Source of the DNA: Candidatus Uhrbacteria bacterium
GTDB lineage: Bacteria; Patescibacteriota; Patescibacteriia; UBA9934; GWF2-40-263
Direction: 5' to 3'
Length of the DNA: 54,785 nucleotides
Assembly (NCBI GenBank): GCA_037131775.1
Contig: JBAXQK010000006.1
Location: forward strand, 1 to 54,785
Part shown: positions 9,189 to 18,697 of the stretch, one piece after another
Layout: each line of letters begins with the position of its first letter
How positions within the stretch are numbered: position 1 is the stretch's first letter
Made by a program: the position numbers and the translations under genes
The notes under the pieces: model-generated
Told to the model about the DNA's origin: nothing
Database searches by the model: none
The model's input: only the letters and a program-made list of their open reading frames with translations

Positions 9189-9470
9189 TTAAAGCAACGC
9201 GTCCTTGCACTGCTTGGCGACGCGGAACTTGACGACGGTCTTGGCCGGGATCTGGATGGTCTCGCCTGTGGCCGGGTTGCGACCCTGGCGCGCGGCGCGG
9301 GCGACCTTCACCAGCTTGCCGAAGCCCGGGAGAACGAACTCTCCGGCGGTCTTGGTCTGCTTATAGGCGAGCTCGGTGAGCTTGTCCATGAACATGCCAA
9401 CGTCCTTCTTGGCCATTCCAGTTGCATCCGCAAGGGCTGCCAGCGTCTGGCTCTTTGTCATCTTTGCCAT
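9189..9470 (-). CDS. hup: HU family DNA-binding protein
   Basis: LPGFGKL...RAARQGRNPATGETIQIPAKTVVKFR signature. Confidence 0.93.
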   Translation of the reverse strand: MAKMTKSQTLAALADATGMAKKDVGMFMDKLTELAYKQTKTAGEFVLPGFGKLVKVARAARQGRNPATGETIQIPAKTVVKFRVAKQCKDALL

Positions 9471-9563
9471 AGTGTGTGATCCCGGCGGAAGTCCGCCTGT
9501 GGAAAACTTAGAGATTTACAGGGGTATCTTAGCACGGGTTCAAATATATGGCTATATCATTGG

Positions 9564-9941
9564 TCAAGAACCACTGTGGGCAAACCAGGCGCGCGCCGTT
9601 TCCAGATCTTTCGAAATCAGCGCGGTCATTTGCTCCGCACTCTCCCACGGAATGAGGTCACGCATCTTGCTTATCAGGCGCACCGACAGGAGCTTTCCGC
9701 TTAAGTCCCTGCAAATATCGATCAAATGCACCTCCAGCTTCAAATTATTGCCTGTACGCCCGTCGTTGACGCACACGAGAGACGGAAAGGTTGCCCCCTC
9801 CAGAATCGTCTCGGCCACGTACACGCCGAGGGCTGGAATGATCACCCCCTGTTCAACCGCGAGATTGGCGGTTGGGCAGCCGAGTCCCGTGGCAATGCCT
9901 TCGCCGCGTTCGACGCGTCCGGTAAGGAGAAGAGGTGACAT
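9564..9941 (-). CDS. Stand-alone riboflavin kinase domain protein
   Basis: GRVERGEG...LGCPTANL, P.LGVY, LEVHL motifs; no FMN adenylyltransferase domain. Confidence 0.8.
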   Translation of the reverse strand: MSPLLLTGRVERGEGIATGLGCPTANLAVEQGVIIPALGVYVAETILEGATFPSLVCVNDGRTGNNLKLEVHLIDICRDLSGKLLSVRLISKMRDLIPWESAEQMTALISKDLETARAWFAHSGS

Positions 9942-9956
9942 ATGGGTCAAGGATAC

Positions 9957-10466
9957 TCAATGCCGGGAATTTGGCAAGACATATTCGAGGGCTCGCTTCA
10001 GTATCGGAATCATGTCCGCGTAGCTCGACTCGGCAAGGAGATTGCCCGGAAGGACCCACTTCGCCTCGTAGGCGTGCTCCGCCGGATCGGGATGGAGCTC
10101 GGCATCGGGAGTGGTCTCGAACAGGAAATAATGGATGTCCTTGTGGATCAGCGCGTCTTTTTTTTCAAACCGGTCGCGAAACCAGATGTCGATCTTGCCG
10201 AGCGGCTCAAGCAGCCGGATCTCGGAAAGACCGAGCTCCTCGAGCGTCTCGCGCGCCGCGGCCTCCTCCATGGATTCGCCATGTTCGACGTGCCCCTTTG
10301 GGAATGCCCACTTGCCGTAGGAATCCATCATCATGGCAAACTCAAGCTTGCCGCCGGTTCGGCGAAAGATGATCCCTCCGGCCGAAACCTCACGCTCAAT
10401 GCGCCGCTGCTTTGGGCGTGCGGAGGATTTCAAGGGCCTTTTCTTTTTGCGGATCGCGTTTGGCAT
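9957..10466 (-). CDS. NUDIX hydrolase (Ap4A hydrolase-like)
   Basis: SAGGII, WAFPKGHVEHGESMEEAAARETLEELG Nudix box; overlaps the 3' end of the S41 gene by ~70 nt. Confidence 0.88.
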   Translation of the reverse strand: MPNAIRKKKRPLKSSARPKQRRIEREVSAGGIIFRRTGGKLEFAMMMDSYGKWAFPKGHVEHGESMEEAAARETLEELGLSEIRLLEPLGKIDIWFRDRFEKKDALIHKDIHYFLFETTPDAELHPDPAEHAYEAKWVLPGNLLAESSYADMIPILKRALEYVLPNSRH

Positions 10467-11649
10467 GTGCGTCTTCCTTGGTGTATTCCACCACGACGTC
10501 GGGAGTAAGACCCGTTTCGTTAATCGTGCGTCCCTTGGGCGTGTACCATGCGGCGATGGTGATCTTTACGGACGAGCCGTCGGGCAGATCTCGGAAATCC
10601 TGCACGGACCCCTTTCCAAACGTCTGCGTTCCCACCATCGTGGCGAGGCCGTAGTCCTGGAGGGCTCCGGCGACGATTTCCGAGGCCGAGGCGCTCCCGC
10701 CGTCCACGAGGACGACGGTCGGGATTCCCTCAAGCCGCGGTGCGGAGACGCCCGGAAAAGACTGGGCGTCATCCTGCTGCTTCTCAATGACGACCGTCTG
10801 GTACCCTGTCCATGCCGACGCGACGTCAATCGCCGCGGTTAGGAGCCCGCCCGGGTCCGAGCGAAGGTCAAAGACGATTCCCTTCACGTTCTTCGCAAGG
10901 ACGTCGTTCACGGCCTGGTTGAACAAGCCAGTGGTATCTCCGTTGAACTCCGCGATCGAGATCGTCGCGAACCCTTCCTTGTCGATACTCCATTTCACGG
11001 AGTCGATCTTGATGACCTGACGGGTAATCGTAAGGTCCTCGGCATGGTCGGCCCCCACGTGAACGACCGAGAGCTTGACGTCGGTTCCTTCCACCCCGCG
11101 AATGAGCGCCACAGCCTGGTCGACGGCCAGTTTTGTCGTGTCCTTCCCGTCGATCGACAGGATGATGTCGCCTTCCGCGAGACCCGCCTTTTCCGCGGGA
11201 GAATCCTTCAGCGGAGCGACGACCACGATCAACCCGTCCTTTGATCCGATCTCGGCGCCAATTCCGCTGAACGTTCCGGAAAGCATCCCCTTGAAATCCT
11301 TGGACGCCTCCGGGTCGAAATACATCGTATACGGGTCGCCCGCGGCCGCGACCATCCCCTTCATGGCGCCGTAGTACAGCGATTTGTCGGAGACCGGCTG
11401 CTTGTAGTAGTTGTCTTTCACCATGTTCCAGACATTCCAGAACTCGTTGAAATTTACGTCATCGGAAACGGAGGAAGGGACCGTTCCTTTGTCGAGCAGA
11501 TGCCCCTCGCCCTCCGGAACAGCCGCGCGCGCGCCCCGTTGCTCGCCAAAGAACCAGCCCGACGAGAAGGAGGTCCCAACGAGGACGGAGACAATGAGAA
11601 AGGCGACGACCGGCGGCTTGCGCCGGGAACACATGAGGGTCGATTGCAT
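10396..11649 (-). CDS. S41 family C-terminal processing protease (CtpA-like, PDZ)
   Basis: GDPYT, FSGIGAEI PDZ, DLRSDPGGLL, SASASEIVAGALQD, TFGKGSVQ; start chosen at ATG 11649 after TATCCT. Confidence 0.92.
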   Translation of the reverse strand: MQSTLMCSRRKPPVVAFLIVSVLVGTSFSSGWFFGEQRGARAAVPEGEGHLLDKGTVPSSVSDDVNFNEFWNVWNMVKDNYYKQPVSDKSLYYGAMKGMVAAAGDPYTMYFDPEASKDFKGMLSGTFSGIGAEIGSKDGLIVVVAPLKDSPAEKAGLAEGDIILSIDGKDTTKLAVDQAVALIRGVEGTDVKLSVVHVGADHAEDLTITRQVIKIDSVKWSIDKEGFATISIAEFNGDTTGLFNQAVNDVLAKNVKGIVFDLRSDPGGLLTAAIDVASAWTGYQTVVIEKQQDDAQSFPGVSAPRLEGIPTVVLVDGGSASASEIVAGALQDYGLATMVGTQTFGKGSVQDFRDLPDGSSVKITIAAWYTPKGRTINETGLTPDVVVEYTKEDAHAKRDPQKEKALEILRTPKAAAH

Positions 11650-11692
11650 AATGGGCCTAGGATACCCTATTTTGTGATAGAATGCCAACTGT

Positions 11693-12883
11693 ATGAAAAA
11701 GCGAACCCGACGCATTCTTTTCACTGTATTTTTAGGCGCTTTTTTGATTACCGCGCCGCTTGTCGTGCTCTATACCGCCGGATATCGGTACAACTTCGGG
11801 ACCGGCCGCGTGGTCCAAACCGGCGTGCTTTCCGTCAGTTCCATTCCAAAGGGGGCCGATATCCTGCTCGACGGGACGGACTACCGGGCAACGACCCCGT
11901 CACTGCTGAAAAATATCTTTCCCGGCGATCACGAGATCATCGCGGAAAAAGCCGGCTACTCAACCTGGAGGAAGACCCTGGCCGTCGAAAGCAAGAAGAC
12001 GACCTTCGCGGACGACATCGTGCTTTTCATGGATGGGAACCAGACGCTTATCCGCGAAACGGACCTCCGTGCCGTCAGCATGAGCCCGCAGGGCACGAAA
12101 GCCGCGTATGCGATGACGAAGGGCCAGTGGACGGAGATATGGATTGCGACCCTCTCGGCCGACGCCGACATTCTCGTCAGCCGACTTCCCGTTGGCATAG
12201 ACGCACAGATCCGTTTCGCCTGGCTCGAGGACGGCTCGATTCTCTCGACGACCGCCGTCGACCGCGGAATGACGACGGTCACCTTTGTACATACCGATTC
12301 GGGCTTCGCCGTTGCATCGGTACCCGCGTCGGATATTATGCTATCCCCGTCCGCCGACCACGTGGCCGTCTCACGCGCCCAGGGCGACTCGAACGAAATC
12401 CTTGCCTACGTCCCGTTCGGATCCTACGCGGTCGGATCCGCGCCAAACGGCATGATCCAGCTCGAGGACGTCGAGCGACATCGCCTCATCCTCATCCAGT
12501 CGACCGGCGGCGACCAGCCCATCCTGCTCAACGCGAGCGCGACGTTCTGGCAGTGGGAACCGACCGGCAACCGACTTCTCTACACGGACGGGTTCGACTT
12601 GCACGTGTACGACGCGTCCTCCCACTCCGACGAGACCATTACCCGCCTCTCCTCGCCCGTCACGTGGGTCGCATGGTATCCGGGACACTCGTACGTGCTT
12701 TATGCCCAGGACAATGCCATCTATGCCGCCGAACTCGATCGCCGCGGTGAGCGAAACGTCACGAAGCTCGTGAGCGGATCCGATCTCCGCGCATTCGAGC
12801 CCTCGTCGGACGGGCGGATGCTTTGGTTCTTCGGGACAAAAGACGGGAAGAGCGGGTTATTCTCGCGAAGACTGGAACGGTAG
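11693..12883 (+). CDS. PEGA domain membrane-anchored protein with TolB-like beta-propeller
   Basis: N-terminal TM, YTAGYRYN...TGVLSVSSIPKGADILLDG...PGDHEI...KAGY PEGA pattern; SPxG/PxGxxL propeller-like blades. Confidence 0.8.
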   Translation: MKKRTRRILFTVFLGAFLITAPLVVLYTAGYRYNFGTGRVVQTGVLSVSSIPKGADILLDGTDYRATTPSLLKNIFPGDHEIIAEKAGYSTWRKTLAVESKKTTFADDIVLFMDGNQTLIRETDLRAVSMSPQGTKAAYAMTKGQWTEIWIATLSADADILVSRLPVGIDAQIRFAWLEDGSILSTTAVDRGMTTVTFVHTDSGFAVASVPASDIMLSPSADHVAVSRAQGDSNEILAYVPFGSYAVGSAPNGMIQLEDVERHRLILIQSTGGDQPILLNASATFWQWEPTGNRLLYTDGFDLHVYDASSHSDETITRLSSPVTWVAWYPGHSYVLYAQDNAIYAAELDRRGERNVTKLVSGSDLRAFEPSSDGRMLWFFGTKDGKSGLFSRRLER

Positions 12884-12886
12884 CGT

Positions 12887-14689
12887 ATGGCCGAACCGCT
12901 GAGAAAAGAGGAAACGCTTGAACAAGCGCGCGTTCGCGTCGCGTCCGTCCGCGAGACAATCGCGGAGGAGATCCGATCGGTCGGCACGGCGATCGACGGT
13001 CAGTATCGCGGCGGAGAGGACCTGAACGTCCGTACCAAGCTCCTGCGCCATTTTTCGGAGCGCCTCGACCAGCTCCACCACCTGTTCTCAAGCCCGTTCT
13101 TCGTCCGGTGCGACGTTCGATCTGCGGACGGCGACGCGAAGACCGTCTACTTTGCAAAGTTCCCAAAGACGGACGAGTCCATCTTCTCCTGGATGGCCCC
13201 GGCGTCCCGTCTCCGATTTTCTGACATCGGTCCCGCGTCCTATGCCCTTCCGGACGGCACGGCCTGGCAGGGCGATCTCCTGCGAAAGGACCAGTTCATG
13301 ATCGTCGGCGGCAAGATCGTCTTCCTTTCGAGCGAGGCGACGACGTACGGCAGGACGCTCGTCTACCAGGAACAGCTCTCCAAGCGGAAGGCCGGCTTCA
13401 TGCTCCCCGAGATCGTCGAGAGGATGGAGCGAGCCCAGGACGACGTGATCCGGGCGCCGGAACACGGTTCCTTTCTCATCGCGGGCCCGGCAGGATCGGG
13501 AAAGACCACGCTCGCCTTCCACCGCATCGCCTACCTCCTCCAGTCGCCGGACACCGCGTCGCGCTTCCAATCGCACGACGTGATCGTGCTCGTGCAGGAC
13601 GAGGGGACGCGCGACTACTTCTGCCGACTGCTTCCCGACCTTGGGATCCACGACGTGACGGTCACGACGTTCGGACAGTGGGCGCTTGAGCGGCTCGGGC
13701 TTGGAGAGGATTATCGGTTCGTCCGTCGTCCGAACGGCGTGGATGAGGCGGTCGACGCGTATGAGGGCCGCAAGTGCGAGGCGATGCGGACGGTCACGAC
13801 GGAAGCGTCGAAGCGTGGCGACGCGTTCGCACGGCTGAAGGAGATATACGCGCCGTCGTTCTCGAAGGAGGACGAGAAGCGATTCGCGCAACAGAAAAAG
13901 GACGGTCTTCTCGATCGCTTCGATTTGTCCGTCTTGTTGCGGATCGAGCGTCAGCGCGCCGGAGCCTTTACGCGCGAGGAGGAGTACTTCGTCCAAAAGA
14001 AAAACTTCGAGGTGACGCGCAAGCGCCGCACGGTTCCGCTTACCTACTCGCTCATCGTCGTCGACGAGGCCCAGAACTATCTCCCAGAGCAAATTGTCGC
14101 CCTCCGATCCTGCGCGTCGCCGAGCACGAACGCGATTCTCTACGTGGGCGACCTCGGCCAGCAGGTGCTCGTTGGAACGCTCCGCGACTGGGGCGACGCG
14201 GGAGAGACGTTCGCGGCCGGACAGAAGGTCCAGCTTGAAAAGGTGTATCGCAACACGCGGGCGATTTTGCGGTACGTCGGCGAACTCGGGTTCGGCGTCT
14301 CGGTCCCGGACGAGCTGCGGGAAGGCGCCGAGGTCGTCGACGGGCCGTGCGCGACGGTCGAGGAGATGATCGAGCGCGTTCGCGCAGTCGTCACGAAGAC
14401 GAACGGCGAAGCGCAGGTTGGCGTGCTCGGACTGACGGACGCAGGGCTGGAACCGTTCGCCACGGCGTTCGCGGGCCAGGCGAACGTCCACGTCCTGACG
14501 GTCCACGAGGCCCAGGGCGTCGAGTTTGAGATCGTCTGCGTCGTCGGGATCCCGGAGGATTTCCTCGACGGGACGAGCGAGGAGCGCGGAAGGATCAAGC
14601 GGGACTTGGTGTACGTGGCGCTGACCCGCGCGATGGACGAGCTGCACGTGTTTGGAGCGACGACGCTCGCGGCGGTCTTTGGCGGATAG
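12887..14689 (+). CDS. SF1 UvrD-like ATPase, HelD (RNA polymerase recycling)-like
   Basis: SPFFVRCD, SWMAPASRL, QDDVIRA, GPAGSGKTTLAFHRIAYLL, VVDEAQ, VGDLGQ, YRNT, AQGVEFE, YVALTRA. Confidence 0.8.
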   Translation: MAEPLRKEETLEQARVRVASVRETIAEEIRSVGTAIDGQYRGGEDLNVRTKLLRHFSERLDQLHHLFSSPFFVRCDVRSADGDAKTVYFAKFPKTDESIFSWMAPASRLRFSDIGPASYALPDGTAWQGDLLRKDQFMIVGGKIVFLSSEATTYGRTLVYQEQLSKRKAGFMLPEIVERMERAQDDVIRAPEHGSFLIAGPAGSGKTTLAFHRIAYLLQSPDTASRFQSHDVIVLVQDEGTRDYFCRLLPDLGIHDVTVTTFGQWALERLGLGEDYRFVRRPNGVDEAVDAYEGRKCEAMRTVTTEASKRGDAFARLKEIYAPSFSKEDEKRFAQQKKDGLLDRFDLSVLLRIERQRAGAFTREEEYFVQKKNFEVTRKRRTVPLTYSLIVVDEAQNYLPEQIVALRSCASPSTNAILYVGDLGQQVLVGTLRDWGDAGETFAAGQKVQLEKVYRNTRAILRYVGELGFGVSVPDELREGAEVVDGPCATVEEMIERVRAVVTKTNGEAQVGVLGLTDAGLEPFATAFAGQANVHVLTVHEAQGVEFEIVCVVGIPEDFLDGTSEERGRIKRDLVYVALTRAMDELHVFGATTLAAVFGG

Positions 14690-14701
14690 TCCGTACAAAC
14701 G

Positions 14702-14731
14702 AAAACACGCGAGAAATTCTCGCGTGCTTTT
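14702..14731. terminator. Bidirectional terminator between convergent helicase and rmlA
   Basis: AAAA-CACGCGAGAA...TTCTCGCGTG-CTTTTT. Confidence 0.7.
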
Positions 14732-14752
14732 TATTGTCTTGAGACGACCTGT

Positions 14753-15841
14753 CTACAACTCCACGAAACTATTGTCCCCAACGATCAGCCGGTGCGCCGA
14801 CTTCGGATGCGTCCTGCGCGCGTCAACCAGCGTCGCGTTCAACCCGATCAAACTCGTCGCGATGCGCTCCGTCGTATCGATCGTGGCTCCGCCGAAAATG
14901 ACCGAGTGCTCGACCTCCGTATCGCGGATGGTCACGCCGTCGCCAATGGAGGTGTACGGGCCGACGTAGGCTCCCGATAGGACGCAGTTCGCGCCGATGG
15001 TCACCGGGCCGCGGATGAGACAGTCCGCACTCACCTTCGTTCCCGGGCCGATCGAGACCAGGCCGTGGATCTGCGCGCCCTCTTCGACGTCGCCTTCCAC
15101 CTTGAACGAGTCGCGGTCGAGCGAGTCCATGATGAGCGCGTTGCCCTCGATGAGCGCGTCGGGCGTGCCGGTGTCCTTCCACCAGCCGGTGATTTCCTCG
15201 TAACCGACCTTCTTGCCCTGCTCGATGTACCAAGTGTTGATGTCCGAGATCTCATACTCCCCGCGGGTCGACGGCTTGATCGCGTCGAACGCCTGGAAGT
15301 AATCCTCGTTGTACAGGTAGATCCCCGTGACCGCGAAGTCGCTCGGCGGATCGCACGGCTTCTCGAGGATGCGTCGCAGCGATCCGTCCGCGTTGAACTC
15401 CGGCACGCCGAAGCGCTGCGGATCCTTCACGCGCGAGAATGCGAGCATGCAGTCGAGCGACTCGTTCTCGAACCGCTCGACGAACTTGTTGATGCTTCCG
15501 AGAATGATGTTGTCGCCGAGGAAGAAGAGGAACCGATGGCCCTCGAGATGCTCCTTCGCGTTCGCCACCACGTGCGCGACGCCCCGCGCCCCGCCCTGCT
15601 GCTCGAGGTACGAGATCTTCACGTCGCCCCAGTTCGACCCGTCGCCGAACGCCTTGCTCATGGAGTCGACCTCGCCCGGGTTCACGTTGATAATGACGTC
15701 CTTGATCCCCGCCGCGACGATCTTGTCGATGACATGCCAAAGCATCGGCTTGTTTGCAAGCGGAATGAGATGCTTGTTGGTTGTCCACGTGATCGGACGC
15801 AATCGCGTCGCGTGTCCTCCGGCGGCAATGAGTGCTTTCAT
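14753..15841 (-). CDS. rmlA: Glucose-1-phosphate thymidylyltransferase, long form
   Basis: AAGGHATRLRPIT...KHLIPLANKP, LGDN, EKP..P.SDFAVTGIY, RGEYEISD, WWKDTG, C-terminal left-handed beta-helix. Confidence 0.92.
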   Translation of the reverse strand: MKALIAAGGHATRLRPITWTTNKHLIPLANKPMLWHVIDKIVAAGIKDVIINVNPGEVDSMSKAFGDGSNWGDVKISYLEQQGGARGVAHVVANAKEHLEGHRFLFFLGDNIILGSINKFVERFENESLDCMLAFSRVKDPQRFGVPEFNADGSLRRILEKPCDPPSDFAVTGIYLYNEDYFQAFDAIKPSTRGEYEISDINTWYIEQGKKVGYEEITGWWKDTGTPDALIEGNALIMDSLDRDSFKVEGDVEEGAQIHGLVSIGPGTKVSADCLIRGPVTIGANCVLSGAYVGPYTSIGDGVTIRDTEVEHSVIFGGATIDTTERIATSLIGLNATLVDARRTHPKSAHRLIVGDNSFVEL

Positions 15842-15904
15842 ATCGCATTTACCCTACCTTTTATTGGGGTTCACGTCAATATAAAAAGAGACGCCGAGTT
15901 GGCG

Positions 15905-16714
15905 TCAGATCATGAGATACTTGGGATTGATGAGCCCGTGGGCCAGGGCCTTGGTAAACGCGCCGGTCGCCCACCCGCATGGAATTCCGCCGTCACGGAC
16001 CATGTCGAGAAAGCGAGGGATCGGGATGACGACCGGTCCCATCAGCGACTCGGAAACGTCGGGGTCGACGCGTTCCGGATCGGCGACGACGTTCGTGATC
16101 GCGATGATGCGGACCTCCTGGCGCAAGAGGCCCGTGTCCGGATCGTGGATCCCGAGGTCGACCGTGCGGCTCGTGGCCGTACGCTCGACGCCCGCCTCTT
16201 CCCTTGCTTCGCGCACCGCGCAGTCGACGGCATTCTCGCCGGGCTTGCGAATGCCACGCGGAAGCTCGAGCGTCCAGCGCCGAACCGCGTGCCGGAACGA
16301 ACGCGTCAGGACGATCTCCCCGTCCACGGTAAGCGGCAGCGCGCCGGCACCCGCGTCGACGCCGGACACCCAGACGATGTTCCGGTACGTCCCGCGATTC
16401 GGGGACGCCTGCCCCTTCCGCGGCGGAAAGAGCACCTCGTACTCGGCCTCCACGTAGAAGCGGTTCGCGACGATCCCGATCAGCCGGACGATCTCGATCT
16501 CTCCCTTGCGCCAGTCGCCGACGTTCAGCGATCCGTCCGCGATCTCCGTCTCGAGCCGCGTGAGCGTCTCGTTCATCGACTTGACGGAGAACTTGGATCG
16601 AACTCCGGCGAGCGATCCGGCGGCAAGCCCGCCCATGTCTCGGATCGTGACGGACTCGGTAAGGACGGACCCCGGTCGATCGGGATGGGGTTCGCGATGG
16701 GTGACTTCGTACAT
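15905..16714 (-). CDS. NUDIX hydrolase with N-terminal extension (ADP-ribose pyrophosphatase-like)
   Basis: LELPRGIRKPGENAVDCAVREAREEAG Nudix box; ATG 16714 preceded by AGGAGG. Confidence 0.8.
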   Translation of the reverse strand: MYEVTHREPHPDRPGSVLTESVTIRDMGGLAAGSLAGVRSKFSVKSMNETLTRLETEIADGSLNVGDWRKGEIEIVRLIGIVANRFYVEAEYEVLFPPRKGQASPNRGTYRNIVWVSGVDAGAGALPLTVDGEIVLTRSFRHAVRRWTLELPRGIRKPGENAVDCAVREAREEAGVERTATSRTVDLGIHDPDTGLLRQEVRIIAITNVVADPERVDPDVSESLMGPVVIPIPRFLDMVRDGGIPCGWATGAFTKALAHGLINPKYLMI

Positions 16715-16806
16715 GCGTCCTCCTGGAATCCGTCGAGCGACGGATTGCCACGACTGCGTTGTCTCGGCTGGCCGACATGGCTTCACGCGAAACGAAAACG
16801 ATAGCA

Positions 16807-16841
16807 AAAAAAGACGCGGGGGTCAAGCCCCGCGCGTCTTT
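16807..16841 (-). terminator. Intrinsic terminator overlapping the stop of the epimerase/reductase gene
   Basis: Minus strand AAAGACGCGCGGGG-CTTGA-CCCCCGCGTC-TTTTTTT. Confidence 0.6.
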
Positions 16842-17671
16842 GCCTCGGCGTACTTCTCCATCGTGTCGCGCAGCCCCTCCGCCGTCGGGCGCATCGTGAT
16901 CCCGAACTCGGCGAGTCGCGTCGAGGCGAGGATGTTGTTCGACCGGCCCTTCGTCGCGAGGCCGAGCTTCACGAGCTCGTCGTTCTCGATCCACTCGTTC
17001 GTGTGCGCCGGGTCGACGAGTTCCTCGTAGAGTTTCAGCATGTCGCGGTGGCGCATGCTTCCCGGATTCGTCACGTGGAAGATCCCCGGAGCCTTTTTTT
17101 CCATCAGCTTGTAGAACACCTCGATCATGTCGTCCACGATGGTCACGCTGTTCTCCACGTCGATGACCTTCTTATATCCCGCCACCTTGTTGATAAGGTT
17201 GCGCGGTCCCGGAATGCGGTCGATCGGCATGCGGATGCGGGCGATCCCCACGTTCGGCAGCGTCGACAGCGCGAGGTCGGCAGCCCACTTCGATCGCGAG
17301 TACGCCGGCAGCGGATTGCCGAAATCGTCCTCGCGCCACTGCTTGTCGGCGTGCGGCGAGTCGCCGTAGAAGATGCAGCCCGAGCCCATGTGAAGGAGAT
17401 ACACGTTCGCCTCCTGGCACGCCGCCGCGAGAGCGATCGGCATCAGCGTGTTGCCCATGATCGTCTCCAGCTGATGCGAGTCGCACCAGTCCACGTTCGG
17501 CGTCCCGGTCACTCCCGCGCAGTTCAGCACCACGTCCGGCTTGTTCGCGACGATCTCGGCAAGCGCGTCGTCCTTCGACGACACGTGAACCTTCGACAGG
17601 ACCGCCTCGTCTCCCCACGCGTCCTTGCAGCGATTTCCGACGTAGCCGGCTCCGAAGATGAGAATTTTCAT
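16823..17671 (-). CDS. NDP-4-keto-6-deoxyglucose 3,5-epimerase/4-reductase (NRS/ER-UER1 type, RmlD substrate-binding family)
   Basis: GAGYVG; NCAGVTGTPNVDWCDSH, SGCIFYG, YSRSK, RIRMPI, RNLINKV, NSVT, TNPG motifs match plant NRS/ER-type enzymes; ATG 17671 coupled to rmlB stop. Confidence 0.8.
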   Translation of the reverse strand: MKILIFGAGYVGNRCKDAWGDEAVLSKVHVSSKDDALAEIVANKPDVVLNCAGVTGTPNVDWCDSHQLETIMGNTLMPIALAAACQEANVYLLHMGSGCIFYGDSPHADKQWREDDFGNPLPAYSRSKWAADLALSTLPNVGIARIRMPIDRIPGPRNLINKVAGYKKVIDVENSVTIVDDMIEVFYKLMEKKAPGIFHVTNPGSMRHRDMLKLYEELVDPAHTNEWIENDELVKLGLATKGRSNNILASTRLAEFGITMRPTAEGLRDTMEKYAEAKTRGA

Positions 17672-17672
17672 A

Positions 17673-18677
17673 TTATTTTCCGTATTGCTTTTCGTAATAT
17701 TCGAGATACTCCCCGCTCTTAATCGGCTTCCACCAATCCTCATGCGTCTTGAACCATTCGACCGTCGCCGCCAATCCCTCGTCGAACCCGATCGTCGGTT
17801 CCCATCCAAGCTCGCGGCGGATCTTCTGGCTGTTGAGCGCGTAGCGTCGATCGTGGCCGGGACGGTCCTTCACGTGTTCGATCGAGCTATCGTCCTTGCC
17901 GAGCAGTGCGAGAAGTTTCTTCGTAATCTCGATGTTCGGCAAACGGTCGCCGGTCCCGATGTTGTAACTCTCTCCGAGAACGCCGCGTCGCAACACCGCG
18001 TCGATCGCTCGCGCGTGGTCTTCCGCGTGAAGCCACTCGCGAATCTGCATGCCGTCGCCGTACACCGGGACCTTCTTTCCTTCGATCAGGTTGGTGATGA
18101 ACAGCGGGAACAGCTTTTCCGGATAGTGGTACGGGCCGTACATGTTGGCCGCGTGCGTGATGACCACCGGGGTCTGGTACGTCGACCAGTAGGACGCGAC
18201 GAGATGGTCCGCCGCCGCCTTGGCCGCGGAGTACGGGCTGCGCGGCTCGAACGGGGCCGACTCAACGGTCTCGCCCTCCATGATCGCGCCGTACACCTCG
18301 TCGGTCGAGATCTGGACGAACCTCGGGATCGAAAACTTTCGCGTCGCCTCGAGCAGGGTGTACGTCCCAAACACCGCGGTCGTCAGAAACGCCTTCGGGT
18401 CGAGAATCGAGCGGTCGACGTGCGACTCCGCGGCGTAGTTGATGATCGCGTCAAACCCGCCCTCGGACAGAATCGACTCGACGATCGCCTGGTCCGCGAT
18501 GTCGCCTTTCACGAATCGATAGCGCGAGTCATTCTCGACGTCGGCAAGATTGGCCGGGTTTCCGGCATACGTCAGCTTGTCGAGGTTCACGATGGAAACG
18601 TCGGGATACGTCGAAAGCATGTGTCGGATGAAGTTCGATCCAACGAATCCGGAGCCGCCTGTGACGAGGAGTTTCAT
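17673..18677 (-). CDS. rmlB: dTDP-glucose 4,6-dehydratase
   Basis: TGGSGFVGS, DKLTYAGN, AAESHVDRSI, ISTDEVYG, PYSAAK, DRPGHDRRYA. Confidence 0.95.
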   Translation of the reverse strand: MKLLVTGGSGFVGSNFIRHMLSTYPDVSIVNLDKLTYAGNPANLADVENDSRYRFVKGDIADQAIVESILSEGGFDAIINYAAESHVDRSILDPKAFLTTAVFGTYTLLEATRKFSIPRFVQISTDEVYGAIMEGETVESAPFEPRSPYSAAKAAADHLVASYWSTYQTPVVITHAANMYGPYHYPEKLFPLFITNLIEGKKVPVYGDGMQIREWLHAEDHARAIDAVLRRGVLGESYNIGTGDRLPNIEITKKLLALLGKDDSSIEHVKDRPGHDRRYALNSQKIRRELGWEPTIGFDEGLAATVEWFKTHEDWWKPIKSGEYLEYYEKQYGK

Positions 18678-18697
18678 AGTGCGGGCACTTTATCGAA

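Noticed and set aside
16823-17809. ORF-track N-terminal extensions (e.g. 17809, 29155, 31277, 42093, 48416, 51560)
   Set aside because: They overlap upstream genes or repeats; downstream starts coupled to the previous stop, or preceded by -10 or signal-peptide features, fit better.
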